From contig JBPESR010000007.1 in assembly GCA_051710525.1 (NCBI GenBank), positions 8,994 through 72,993 of the forward strand: a stretch of DNA of 64,000 nt, given 5' to 3'. The DNA is from Symbiopectobacterium sp. (GTDB lineage: Bacteria; Pseudomonadota; Gammaproteobacteria; Enterobacterales; Enterobacteriaceae). Positions within the stretch are counted from its first letter, which is position 1. Each line of letters begins with the position of its first letter. Below, piece by piece: positions 35,767 through 48,217 of this stretch. The notes under the pieces are model-generated. The model was not told the DNA's origin and did not search any database. It saw only the letters and a list, made by a program, of their open reading frames with translations. The position numbers and the translations under genes were made by a program.

Positions 35767-36632
35767 TCAAAGTCTTACGCTAATCACCGTGGTCAAACGC
35801 GCTGGTGCTGCGGGGGTGGCAACAAACGGCTGAGTCACACGAGCCGTTTCCACGCAGACAAAGGTTTTATAACCGTCATCCGGCATGTCGGCGATGGTTT
35901 TAGACAGTTCCGCCGCCGGGTTCCAGGCAACCGCATCGCTGTGGTGCGTGTGGTGCACGTCGATAGTGAGTTTCAGCGTTGGGTCCACGATGCAGTTCAC
36001 TGCTTCTGGATGCGTATAGATGCGGTCGGTGCGTTCAGTGAACGTCATATCGCCACCTTGCGTCGTCAACTTGCCTTGATTGACCTTATCGATAAAGGTA
36101 TCGCAAAACCGCTAACGCGGATATGGTCAATATCACCAATCTGGAAGTAGGTGTGCATGGCGCTGGTGATGCTGTAATCACCCTGCGCTTCTAACTCGAT
36201 TGTGCAGGTCTTAGCCAGTTTATAGCGCGCGGTCAGCGTAAAAGCGTGTGGCCAGCTTACCAACGTCTCCGGCGTATCACGCAGGGTGAAAGTCAAAATT
36301 TAACGCCGTCGGCATCTTCACGGTGCGCGGTGAGTTCCTACGGCAGTAAACGGACAAAACCGTGGTTAGGTTCCGCGAATGGGCCAAACCACGGGAAGCA
36401 GATCGGTACACCCCCGCAATGGCGACGCCTTCTGCAAACGGCGTGTTGTCGTCAACCACAGCACGGGGGCTTCCCCTTGAGGCTGCCAGTGCAGCAGATA
36501 GGCGTTGCAGCGTGACGGCTGCGCATACCTGCGGATGATCAACGACAATAACTGGCAGTTGGTCTACCTGGCGTTGACTGAGCGTGGATGAAATTTCATA
36601 TTTGATGGGAAGTGAAAAATTTTATCGTTCAT
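35767..36632 (-). pseudogene. yeaD: D-hexose-6-phosphate mutarotase
   Basis: SAMHTYFQIGDI, VAWNPAAEL, FVCVETA; frameshifts. Confidence 0.85.
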
Positions 36633-36695
36633 GATGTTACCTTGTTTTATTTGTATTTCGTGTTGCATCATGACGGAACGCAGCTAATAAATAAT

Positions 36696-36720
36696 AAAAA
36701 GGGCGACATCATGTCGCCCC
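36696..36720 (-). terminator. Rho-independent terminator of gapA
   Basis: gggcgaca-tca-tgtcgccc stem next to an A5 run (U tail on the minus strand). Confidence 0.75.
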
Positions 36721-36745
36721 TTGCATTGCTTATCGCACCGTCGCC

Positions 36746-37867
<1,122 letters not shown>

Positions 37868-38068
37868 CTATCTATAATGAAACTTAGGGACATCTTCCCT
37901 TAAATGGGAGCGTTTGCACCAAAAAAAGCCCGCAGGCCAGATAAATGTGATGGACATCACAATTGCTAGGGCTTGGTCGGTTACTCATCATTTAGTCGGA
38001 AAAAAGTTATAGGGATATTAATTCTTATTAAACTAAGTCATGTCAAACAAAATGATGACGAGACAATC

Positions 38069-38500
38069 ATGGATAAGCCAGCTTCAACGTCTGCAATGGA
38101 AGGCAAGGGTACGTTGACGGAGATGCAACAATACGTGACTCAGCAGCGCGGCACTGAGCCTACCTATTCAGGCAAACTGTTGCATCATAATAAACGCACT
38201 GGGGTATATCACTGCCTGTGTTGCCAAAGCGCGCTGTATTACTCCGACAACAAATATGACTCTGGATGCGGCTGGCCCAGCTTTGATCGGCCCGAGGCGA
38301 AGGGCGTAATCCGCTATCTGGAAGATTTTTCGCATAACATGCACCGAATCGAAATTCGCTGTGGTAAATGCGATGCCCATTTGGGGCATGTGTTCCCCGA
38401 TGGTCCGCAAACCACCGGAGAGCGTTACTGAGTTAACTCAGCCTTCGTTGAGCTTTATCGATGGCAGCGACGGTGAGGCCGTGCTGACGGCCGTTATCAT
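38069..38500 (+). pseudogene. msrB: Methionine-R-sulfoxide reductase
   Basis: [18 protein letters not shown]; TGA at the catalytic Cys of RYCxNS, plus a +1 frameshift about 12 nt later. Confidence 0.9.
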
Positions 38501-38550
38501 CGAGTAGCCTCGCTGGATAAAATGGCTGCGCAGAGCGATTACGATCCGGT

Positions 38551-38712
38551 AAAGAAAATTGTCTGAAAATGGTGATGTTATGGCAATCACGCCACAACGT
38601 CGATGCGGAACACATGACCATCAATACCGACGGAGAGTTGGTGATGAAAAGTAAGGAAGAGCTGAAGCAGGCGTTTGTCATCGCCAACCTGATTCAGCGA
38701 GAACGCCAGTAA
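38551..38712 (+). pseudogene. yeaC: YeaC family 3' remnant
   Basis: KENCLKMVMLWQSRHN...HMTINTDGELVMKSK; 5' part missing. Confidence 0.7.
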
Positions 38713-38845
38713 CCGAGGCTCCTCAATGCACTGGGGCTCTGCGTTATACGGGATGGTGTGCTGATACCGCGATAAAGTCGGCCAGGCCAATACGGAGTGC
38801 TCCGTGAACCACCATGTCGGCCAGCGCTGCTTCTCTATCATCTTG

Positions 38846-39450
38846 TTAGAGATTCACCCTGCGGCAGCCCTCTTCAATGATCTGCACGTCATACCTGAGT
38901 TCCAATGCATCTAGCACGGTAAATTTTACGCAGTAGTCCGTTACCAGCCCCATGATGGTAAAATTCATGATACCACGTTGGCGTAACAGGCTATCCAGTG
39001 TAGTGGCGACGCGTTTGCCGTTGTCAAAAAAAGCGCTGTAGCTGTCAATGTCATGCTGAGTGCCTTTCTGTATCACCGCATCAAACGCCTCACGATTAGA
39101 TTAAGGTAAGGGTGAAACTTCTCACCTTGCGTGCCTTGTACGCAGTGCACTGGCCACCATGTTTGCGCTAATCCTGCCAGTTCACCACGCTCTCCCACGA
39201 CAGCGTCCGGGTTATTGGCGGCGAAGCTCAGATGATTGGCCGGATGCCAGTCCTGGCTGGCGATGACGGGTATCCCGGCTTTCTGTGCTGCCACTATTGC
39301 TACGTTGACAACATCGATGGTGACATCGCCCTGTGCGACAGGCAGTGCACAGTTCAGACAAAAATCATTCTGCAAATCAACAAACAGCAGGGCATGGTTT
39401 ATGACAGTGTGGTTCATGGCAACTCGCTCCAGCATCCCCGAGTTATGCAT
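38846..39450 (-). pseudogene. pncA: Nicotinamidase
   Basis: LLFVDLQNDF, SQDWHP, WPVHCVQ, DSYSAFFDN; 5-bp duplication frameshift near 39085-39095; 3' end lost. Confidence 0.9.
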
Positions 39451-40462
39451 CCTGGGTCAATTCGCCGCGCAGGTCTTGTTGCATTAATTGGCGAATGATA
39501 TGAGGGGTTAAATCAGGTTGGCTCAGAAGATAATGCAGTTTAGTCAGCGTGGCTTCCACTGTCATATTAAAACCACTGATCACGCCAGCCTGCGCCAGCG
39601 CATTGCCGGTGGCGTAGCCCTCCATATTCACCCGTCCAGAAATGCACTGGGTGAGGTTAACCACGACAATACCCCGCTCCGATGCCTGACGCAGTTCGTC
39701 CAGTAGCGATGGGCTTTGCGGGGCGTTACCCACACCATAAGAACGCAATATCAACGCCTTGACCGGCTGTCGCAGGAAGTTACGCACTATATCCGCTGAA
39801 ATCCCTGGATAGACGGTGATCACACCGATCGGTTGTGGGGTAATCGGATGTACGATCAGCGATGCGCTAGGGGTTTCCGACTGCTCTGGCACCAGGCGGC
39901 GTATATGAATATCGGCCTCCAGTAGCGTCGGGAAGTTGGGGGAGGCGAACGCATCAAAACCGTCGGCATGGGCTTTTGTGGTTCGATTGCCGCGCAGCAG
40001 CTTGTTATTGAAAAACAGACTGACTTCATTCACCGGGTGATTAGCCGCGACATAGAGTGCATTAAGCAGGTTGGTTTGCCCATCAGAACGCAATTCGGTC
40101 AACGGAATTTGTGACCCTGTAACAATGAGCGGTTTTGCCAAATTCTCCATAATGAAGGAGAGGGCAGATGCCGTAAAGGCCATGGTATCGGTGCCGTGCA
40201 GAATCACGAAGCCGTCATACTCATCGTAATGTTGTTGAATATCCTCAGCGATGGCCTGCCAATCGGCTGGGGTCATGTCGGAGGAATCAATCAGCGGGTC
40301 ATATTCATGGATGGTAAAATCTGGCATCTCCGGGCGATGAAATTCCGGCATGTCAGCCAGCTGTTGTTGCAGGTGACCCAAAACCGGAATGTAACCGTTG
40401 GCGGAACGTTGCATACCTATTGTACCGCCGGTATACGCGACATAAATGGATTTCTTTTGCAT
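39443..40462 (-). CDS. ansA: L-asparaginase I
   Basis: YTGGTIGM, HGTDTMA; 339 aa. Confidence 0.97.
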   Translation of the reverse strand: MQKKSIYVAYTGGTIGMQRSANGYIPVLGHLQQQLADMPEFHRPEMPDFTIHEYDPLIDSSDMTPADWQAIAEDIQQHYDEYDGFVILHGTDTMAFTASALSFIMENLAKPLIVTGSQIPLTELRSDGQTNLLNALYVAANHPVNEVSLFFNNKLLRGNRTTKAHADGFDAFASPNFPTLLEADIHIRRLVPEQSETPSASLIVHPITPQPIGVITVYPGISADIVRNFLRQPVKALILRSYGVGNAPQSPSLLDELRQASERGIVVVNLTQCISGRVNMEGYATGNALAQAGVISGFNMTVEATLTKLHYLLSQPDLTPHIIRQLMQQDLRGELTQDA

Positions 40463-40550
40463 GCTGTTCTTATTAAAGAGATGAAAAACAGCCCGACATA
40501 AGCCAGGATGAGGGAAAATCAGGATGAGGGAAAATCCTGTGTGACAATAT

Positions 40551-42504
40551 TTATTTCACTTCACCGCAGGCCATGCAAAGGGCATAGCGATGCTGGGAAT
40601 CGTTAAACGTATTGAGCAAGGCAGGTTGTGCTTGTACCACCTCAGCCAACTGCGCTACCGGAGCAGGTAACATAGTCTGCCGGGCCGGTAATCAGGCATG
40701 GGCGGCAGCGTTGACGCGGTTTAGGATCATATCCAGCAGGCTTGGCTGCTCTTTAAACCAGTTGAGCTGGTATTGGCCCATCTTGGGCAGTTCAGCGGCT
40801 TTTTTGACTGCATCTTCAAAGTCACTAAACTGATCGACCAACCCGTTGGTTTTGGCGTCGTCACCGGTCCATACGTGCCCCTGGGCGATTTTATCAATCT
40901 CTTCCAGGCTTTTCTCACGTGATTGTGCGACCAGATCGACGAAGTTTTTATAACCATGCTCGATTCTGATTTGCATCATCTGAGAAAACTCGGGCGGCAG
41001 TGTTTGGTGATGCTGAGATCCGCCAACGGCGAGGTTGCCATACCATCTGTATGTACGCCGATAGCGCCAAGGGTATTTTCAAAGGTGGTGATCACGCCAA
41101 ATATACCAATCAAAAATATACCAATCAAATATACCAATCGAACCCGTCAGGGTGCTCGAACTGATGATGATGGCGTTCGCTGGCGTGGAGATCCAGTAGC
41201 CGCCGGACGCGGCCATACCTCCCATGGATACCACGATCGGTTTGCCAGGTAGACGTACTGCCATCAACTCAGAGCGAATCTTCTCCGAAGCGATTACGCT
41301 GCCTCCGGGACTATTAACGCGCAGCACAATCCCTTGATTTTAGGATCCAGTCTGGCCTGACGAATTTGATCCGCCGTGGTATCACCGTATCACCACCGAC
41401 CACCCCCGGGGTTTCCGGACCATCAACAATAGTGCCACTGGCAAAGATCACCGCAATTTCTGCACCGCTTTCAGTGGTCTGTTTTTCGGTGTAGTCGTAA
41501 ATCAGTGGTCTGTTTTTCGGTGTAGTCGTAAATGCTGGTGTAGTTGAAGCTCTGATTTTTGGTGTCCCAGCCGAAGGTTTTACCAACTTCTGCTCAATGA
41601 CCGAACGTGATGCCACTCGTCCACCAGTTTGTTTTCCAGCGCATAGCGTGGCCGGATCGCCTTGCACAGCCTGAAGGCCGGCAATAATCGCGCTGGCACC
41701 GGGGAACACTTGTTGCGGGTGTAATTTGTCAGTTTACTGCAACCGTATTCAGGTAGTTTTGCCACAATCTACCGACCCAGCGCATATCAGCTTCGCGCGC
41801 CTCGGGGGACATATCGTCACGCAGGAAAGGCTCTACCGCAGATTTGTAGGTACCAACGCGGAATACATGACTGATTACATCTAGCTGTTTCCAACAGCGA
41901 TTTGTTATAGAGGCCATTGGTGGCGAAACCGCGCAGATCAACGTTACCCTGCGGGGGGAGTGAAATGCTGGTCGCAAAACTGGCCAGATAGTATTGCGTT
42001 AGGCTATAACTGTCTCCGATCGCAAAAATTAGCTTGCCACTGTCGCGGAATTCACGCAATGCCTTGCAGATATACGCAATGCCTTGCAGATATATTGCAG
42101 AGAGGGTTGGTCGGCACCGACGAAATCGCTCAGATCGAGTACCATACCGGTAACATTGCTGTCGGTTTTGGCCTGACGAATTGTATTAAGTATTAACAAA
42201 GTATTAACAATATCAAACAGCGAATTTTCCTGACGGCGATTGCTAGAAGCACCAAAAAATTCTCTGCCCAACTGACGCAGTTTATTATTGACCATCGGCT
42301 TATCGACGACAACGCTGGTGAGATCAACGATCAGCGCGCCTTGAGGCGTTTGGGGTGGTGCATTTTTAAACTGCACACATAAATACCGACACCCCACAGA
42401 ATCAACACAATCAGAAACAGGTTAAGAATAAACTCGCGGGTGAAATTGAGCAGACGCCAAGTCCACTTGAAGAGTCCGCTAAAGATTCGCCACAGTGTGC
42501 GCAT
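40551..42504 (-). pseudogene. sppA: Signal peptide peptidase (protease IV)
   Basis: MRTLWRIF, LRVNSPGGS, SMGGMAASGGYWIS, FRVGTYKSAVEPF; many frameshifts and duplications. Confidence 0.92.
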
Positions 42505-42607
42505 GTTATCTCCAAAAACGCCAAACATAATACCTGCTAGCTGTTCCTTTTGATGGCACAGCTAGCAGTAAAGGGTTGCCATGCGACATTCACGCTAATT
42601 AAGAGCG

Positions 42608-42811
42608 AAATTACTATCTAAAAATCTCTAAAATTACTATTTTACTATCTATTCTATCTTCTATCTATTACTATCTATTATTTTATCTTCTATCTTCTAT
42701 CTTCTATCTTCTATCTTCTATCTTCTATCTATTATCTATATTATCTTATCTATTTATTATCTATTATCTATTTCTATCATCTATTCTATTCCTATTTCTA
42801 TCTATTCTAAT
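42608..42811. repeat. 204-bp G-free low-complexity tract with a (TATCTTC)6 core
   Basis: No G on the + strand from 42608 to 42811; six perfect heptamers at 42684-42725. Confidence 0.95.
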
Positions 42812-42944
42812 GAGAATATTGGAAAATGCCAACTTCATTAGTATCCTTTTTTGATAAAAATGTGTCTATTTTGCAAAGAAAAACGATTGGTTACGCGGCG
42901 ACCTTTTTCGTGCGGCGTGATGTGGCGATAACCGGAAGAGGAAT

Positions 42945-42985
42945 TGTAGTGGTCAACTAATTACTGACTGGCCACCGCATTAGAC
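42945..42985. mobile_element. Isolated IS911-like terminal inverted repeat (right-end type, reading inward)
   Basis: tgtagtggtcaactaattactgactggccaccg resembles the end at 43033; 4-bp actg stutter. Confidence 0.6.
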
Positions 42986-43032
42986 TGTAAGTAGTACAGT
43001 AGCTCAGATTCGTTTGGCATCAGACTGCTGTG

Positions 43033-43838
43033 TGTAGTGGCACACTGAATTTGGCCACCTGAACAGAGGTGATATGCTCACCTCAGGACAACACAGGTGC
43101 CCCAATGAAAAAAAGAAATTTCAGTGCAGATTTCAAACGTGAATCTGCTCAGTTTGGTTGTCGATCAGAGCTCTACACCATTGCTGAAGCAGCCAAAGCC
43201 ATGGATATCGGCCTCTCAACCATGACCCGCTGAGTCAGACAATTACGGGACAAACGGCAGGGAAAAACACCTAAAGCCTCTCCCATTCCTCCAGAACAGA
43301 TTGAAATACGTGCGCTGAAGAAAAACTATAACATATTGAAATAGAAAACAAAATATCTAAAAAGGCTACCGTGCTCTTGATGTCATACTCTATGAACGGC
43401 TCTCGTTAATCAGAAAACTCATGTGGCGCGTTATCCCGTGGCCACACTCTGCCACGTGTTCATGGTTCACCGCAACAGCTATAAATACTGGAAATGCCGT
43501 CCTGATGAACCGGACAAAAGGCGTACAGAGCTGCGCAGCTAGATTCAAGAACTGCACAACATCAGTCATGACTCAGCCGGTGCGAGAAGTATCGCCGCAA
43601 TGGCAACGCTCAGGGGCTTCAGGATGGAGCGCTGGCTTGCCGGCAGAATCATGAAAGAGCTGGGGCTTGTAAGCTGCCAGCAACCAAAACACAGAATATA
43701 CGCAACATAGAATATACGCGGTGGTCGGGAGCATGTTGCCATACCGAATTATCTTGAGCGCCAGTTCGCCGTCACAAAACCTAACCTGGTGTGGGGCGGC
43801 AATGTGACATATGTCTGGACAGGAAACTCTGGGCGTAT
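43033..43838 (+). mobile_element. IS3-family (IS911-like) element, degraded and truncated
   Basis: Left IR tgtagtggcacactgaatttggccacc; orf[17 protein letters not shown] at 43104; orfB to [24 protein letters not shown], then an abrupt junction. Confidence 0.9.
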
Positions 43839-44467
<629 letters not shown>

Positions 44468-44686
44468 CCATCGATTTTTGCGCAGAATATGCCACATCTT
44501 GCCAATAGGAAACGGTTGCAGGGCGATTATCCTGGAGTTTAAAAACGGAATTATTCATATTGCAGCGCACAAATGATAAGTCAAGAGTATGGCGTACTCA
44601 CAACAACATCGCGTAATTTTACGCGATAAAATGCTGTTAGCTTAACGCTATGCCGTGTTTTCCAACGCGGCACTTTACGCTCTGCG

Positions 44687-45445
44687 CTATAGGTACGATG
44701 GCATTGGACGCTGGCGCGCTTCCTTGATCCACAACCAGGTGCCGTTGAGTGCGGTACCGGTCAGGATTAGGTATTCCAAAGCCATCACATATTCCAAAGC
44801 CATCACATAAACACCCTGGTAGGTGAAGATCACCACGCTGATGATAATGTTAACCACGGCCCACAGAATCCAGTTCTCCACATACTTAGGCGTCATCAGA
44901 ACCATCGCTATCATGGAGAGCACCATCATGCTGGAATCCCAGAAGGGAAAAGTATCCGGCTGCAATGTCGGCGTGGTCACCTGCCCCCGCATGCTCTGCA
45001 TCACGGTCACCGCTATGCCAGTCAGCGCGGCAAACACCGCGTAGATGTAGACGGTCATTAATCCAATCGTGAGTACACCCAGCGCTGACCAGGCAAGCAA
45101 TCTGGGGAGTGGCAGCCAGCGTATTTTCAAGGCGATATCCAGCTGTTCCGTGCGCCGCGCCCAGGCATACCAACCATAAACATTGGCAACAAAGAACATA
45201 AACATTGGCAACAAAGAAAAAGATTTGCAGCAGCAGGCTGGCATAAAGCTGAATCTGGAAAAAATAACGACAAACAATGAGACGTTGATCAATCCAAACA
45301 GGTAATTGATCGTTTTTTCCAGGCTGGCAAGCCAGATACAGAGCAGGCCGCACAGTGCACCAATGGCTTCAATCCAAGAAAGATCGTACCCTCCAGCACC
45401 GAAAGGGATATAAATCAAAATGTTGCTGGTACTGAAAAAGTCCAT
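44687..45445 (-). CDS. pnuC: Nicotinamide riboside transporter PnuC; open frame despite four indels (may be a pseudogene)
   Basis: MDFFSTSNIL..GGYDLSWIEA, KYVENWILW; a -1 and +22 pair restores the frame; +3 and +18 insertions are in frame. Confidence 0.75.
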   Translation of the reverse strand: MDFFSTSNILIYIPFGAGGYDLSWIEAIGALCGLLCIWLASLEKTINYLFGLINVSLFVVIFSRFSFMPACCCKSFSLLPMFMFFVANVYGWYAWARRTEQLDIALKIRWLPLPRLLAWSALGVLTIGLMTVYIYAVFAALTGIAVTVMQSMRGQVTTPTLQPDTFPFWDSSMMVLSMIAMVLMTPKYVENWILWAVVNIIISVVIFTYQGVYVMALEYVMALEYLILTGTALNGTWLWIKEARQRPMPSYL

Positions 45446-45614
45446 CTTGCCACCCCATGTTTATCCTCTAAATGAGGAAATCCTGCTTCTACCAAACTCC
45501 AAAACGGGGCATATGGTAGCAGTCGGTTAGCAAGAAAGCACTTAGTGTTTTACACACTAAACAAATAATGGGTAATTATTTTAATTACTTCTCTTTTGTT
45601 TAGCACAAATAAAA

Positions 45615-46240
45615 CTAGCCAACCAGCGATATGATAATGCCGCCACAGGCTGCAAAATCCTCCATGGTGATGTCATTCATAAACGGCATGATCAATTGCG
45701 CGGAAAAAAACAAGAGCGCCTGAACCAGAAATTGCGGCACGGCGATTGAAATCACTGCCGCGCCGAGCGTAATAGAAAAAATCAGCGCGGTAAACACATC
45801 CAGCGCCAATTTGATAATCAGCAGTTGATAATAGTCACCCGTAAGCCCTTCCGTCAGCGCGCCAACCATCCCTGTGCCGCTGGCACAGAAAAGCACGATT
45901 AAGGCAGTGAAATTCTGTGTATACACGTCCGTCGGCAGTTTGTGCCGTGGCGGCGGCAGAATACGGCTTAATACCCGTTGGAATCCAGATACCTCCAAGT
46001 TGGATACCGTGCTCCAATCGCAACAGTTCATCCAATGCCACCCCCAGCACCACCGCCTGTGCGACCGCCGGCAATAGGTGCACCTTGATAACCAAGGTTA
46101 TCCCCATCGCAATGGAGATCATGGCAAATCAGGGGGAAGACTATCGCGCAGGCACTGGAGAATAAAACGGCTCAGGGAAATACCCTGTACGCCGCCAATA
46201 ATAATGACGGAACCGTTAATCAGAGGACCAATAATAACAC
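45615..46240 (-). pseudogene. DUF554-family membrane protein
   Basis: IGPLINGSVII, LFCASGTGMVGALTEGLTGD, KLALDVFTA; frameshifted. Confidence 0.75.
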
Positions 46241-46507
46241 TCCTTACATCCACATCGGGGTGTTACAGACAACGAGACTTTAGTGGGTTTTCCCCGGCAA
46301 TCACAGCGGTCAGAAAAATATAAAGAACTTATTATTCTCCCACCAAACTCCGGCAGGATGCATATCAGGTATAAGTCAATCAATCACGCTCAGGTGAGTA
46401 AGCAGGATTGTAGTACTTGCATTTATGTAAGTACTTAATAAAAGTTATTTAAGGCCTTATAGTGAGTTCCACATCAATCACGCCTCCGTCGAAGGAGTAA
46501 GATCATA

Positions 46508-47437
46508 ACGATTGCCGTAACAGGAGCCACCGGCCAACTAGGCCAGTTAGTTATCGTCAAACTCAAAGAAAAAACGGCGGGTAGTAATATTTTGCCGCGC
46601 CGGTACGCAGCCCGGAAAAAGCCAAAAGTCTGGGTGTCACCGCTCGCGCGGCCAATTATACGCAGCCAGCCATACTGGAAGCCGCCTTATCCGGTATAGA
46701 AACCTTGCTATTAATTTCTGGTAATGAAATTGGCCAGCGTGCGGTACAATACGCCAATATTATCGCTGCGGCAAAAAAAGAGCGGCGTAAAGCTCGCTGC
46801 GGCAAAAAAGAGCGGCGTAAAGCGCATTGTGTATACCAGCTTGTTGCACGCGGACACTTCGCCGCTCAATTTGGCACCAGAGCATGCTGTAGACGGAAAA
46901 AACTCTGAAAGCGTCCGGCATTGATTACACTATCCTACGCAATGGCTAGTAGACCGAAAACTATACCGGTTCTATCGCCCCAGCGCTGGCTAACGGAGCC
47001 TTCCTGGCTAACGGAGCCTTCTATGGCAGCGCTGGAGAGGGGAAAATTACCTCTGCCGCGCGTGAAGATTTTGCGCAAGCCGCCGTTATAGTGCTTATAC
47101 AGCAAGGTCACAGTACAGTACAGCAAGGTCACAGTACAGCAAGGTCACAGCGGGAAAACCTATGAATTAGCCGGCGATGAACCTTATACACTGGCGCAAC
47201 TGGCTGCTGAAATCACCAAGCAAAGCGGCAAGCCGATTCCCTAAAAGCGGCAAGCCGATTCCCTATAAAGATATTCCCGAAACTGATTACGCCGCAGCAC
47301 TAAAGGCGCGGGCCTGCCGGCAGGGTTCGCCGTCGCTATCGCATCGTGCGATGTGGGTGCGTCACAAGGTGGATGGAGGATTATATGAAGCGCCACACCA
47401 ACTCTCCGCGCTGATTGGCCGTCCTACCACGCCGCTG
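46508..47437 (+). pseudogene. qorB: NAD(P)H:quinone oxidoreductase QorB/YtfG-like
   Basis: IAVTGATGQLG (start appears as ACG), LLLISGNEIGQR, VYTSLLHAD, LSALIGRPTT; many duplications. Confidence 0.85.
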
Positions 47438-47634
47438 CCAGTGCCGGAGGCACTAAAGCGCTGTGTACCAGGCAGTAACACAATCATCACCAACACACCC
47501 CAACGGCTGGTGAGATGCTTAACCACCTCGCGTGAAAGGCAGTTTGCCGCCAAGACATCACCGTGATCGAGTTTCTCCGAGATGGTGAGGGTTTGCCGAT
47601 CGATATCGGCTTGTGGCACAGGAGATGTGGTCAT
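47438..47634 (-). pseudogene. HxlR/DUF24 redox regulator (YtfH/QorR-like), truncated
   Basis: GDVLAANCLSREVVKHLTSRWGVLV...GTQRFS, then the junction. Confidence 0.8.
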
Positions 47635-47955
47635 TAAGCGCTTACCTGGGTGTTCGTACTATCTAAAAGTAATGTTCGTACTATCTAAAAGTAATTGAAT
47701 GCTACGCCAGTCTCTCCTCTAAAATAAAAGTAGTCTCTCCTCTAAAAGTAATTGAATGCTACGCCAGTCTCTCCCCAAACGTAAATCTGACCAGAATCGG
47801 TTCAGATGTGTTTATACCGCATCACCGATCAATGCGTTTTTGACCGACAAAAGAAACTCATCCGACAATGCATCTCCGGCAATAGCCCGCTCCAGTGTCA
47901 ACTCGCCCAACAGTAGGGATGCGTCAAGAAAAGTCGTCATCCTCGGCGTAGGCCT

Positions 47956-48053
47956 GGGATCTTTAGCAGGATAAACGTGTCTCGCTTCGCTCGGCTCGAG
48001 CCTGCGACCAATTGATTAAAAGTCAACTGCTCTACCGACTGAGCTAACGACCC
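47956..48053 (-). pseudogene. tRNA-Lys(UUU) pseudogene with a T-loop insertion
   Basis: GGGTCGTTAGCTCAGTCGGTAGAGCAGTTGACTTTTAATCAATTGGTCGCAGG intact; 23-nt insert in the T loop; 3' acceptor strand and CCA lost. Confidence 0.85.
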
Positions 48054-48217
48054 ATCATCGTGCTATTTCGGCGTTTTTGCCTTGGCAACGGCGGCATATA
48101 TTACTAATATATCCGCTCAGTGTACCTATTTTCCTGAAAAACGGTTCAACTGCTTACTAATCAAAAGACAAAGCACAAAAATCGCTCATGTCTAGCAATT
48201 TTTGTGCCTGGAAAGGG

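Noticed and set aside
38429-38460. TGA at the catalytic Cys of MsrB, the position where selenoprotein MsrBs have selenocysteine
   Set aside because: A +1 frameshift follows about 12 nt later (gcc-t-tcg), I see no convincing bacterial SECIS, and a TGY-to-TGA nonsense change is expected in this decaying genome.
38715-38845. Separate small gene between yeaC and pncA (ORF 38587..38841)
   Set aside because: No recognisable motif, overlaps the yeaC remnant on the opposite strand, and lies in a deletion-scarred interval.
42612-42623. 12-bp identity (tactatctaaaa) between the start of the G-free tract and 47657-47668
   Set aside because: Short and AT-rich with no extension on either side; chance cannot be excluded, so it is not claimed as the seed.
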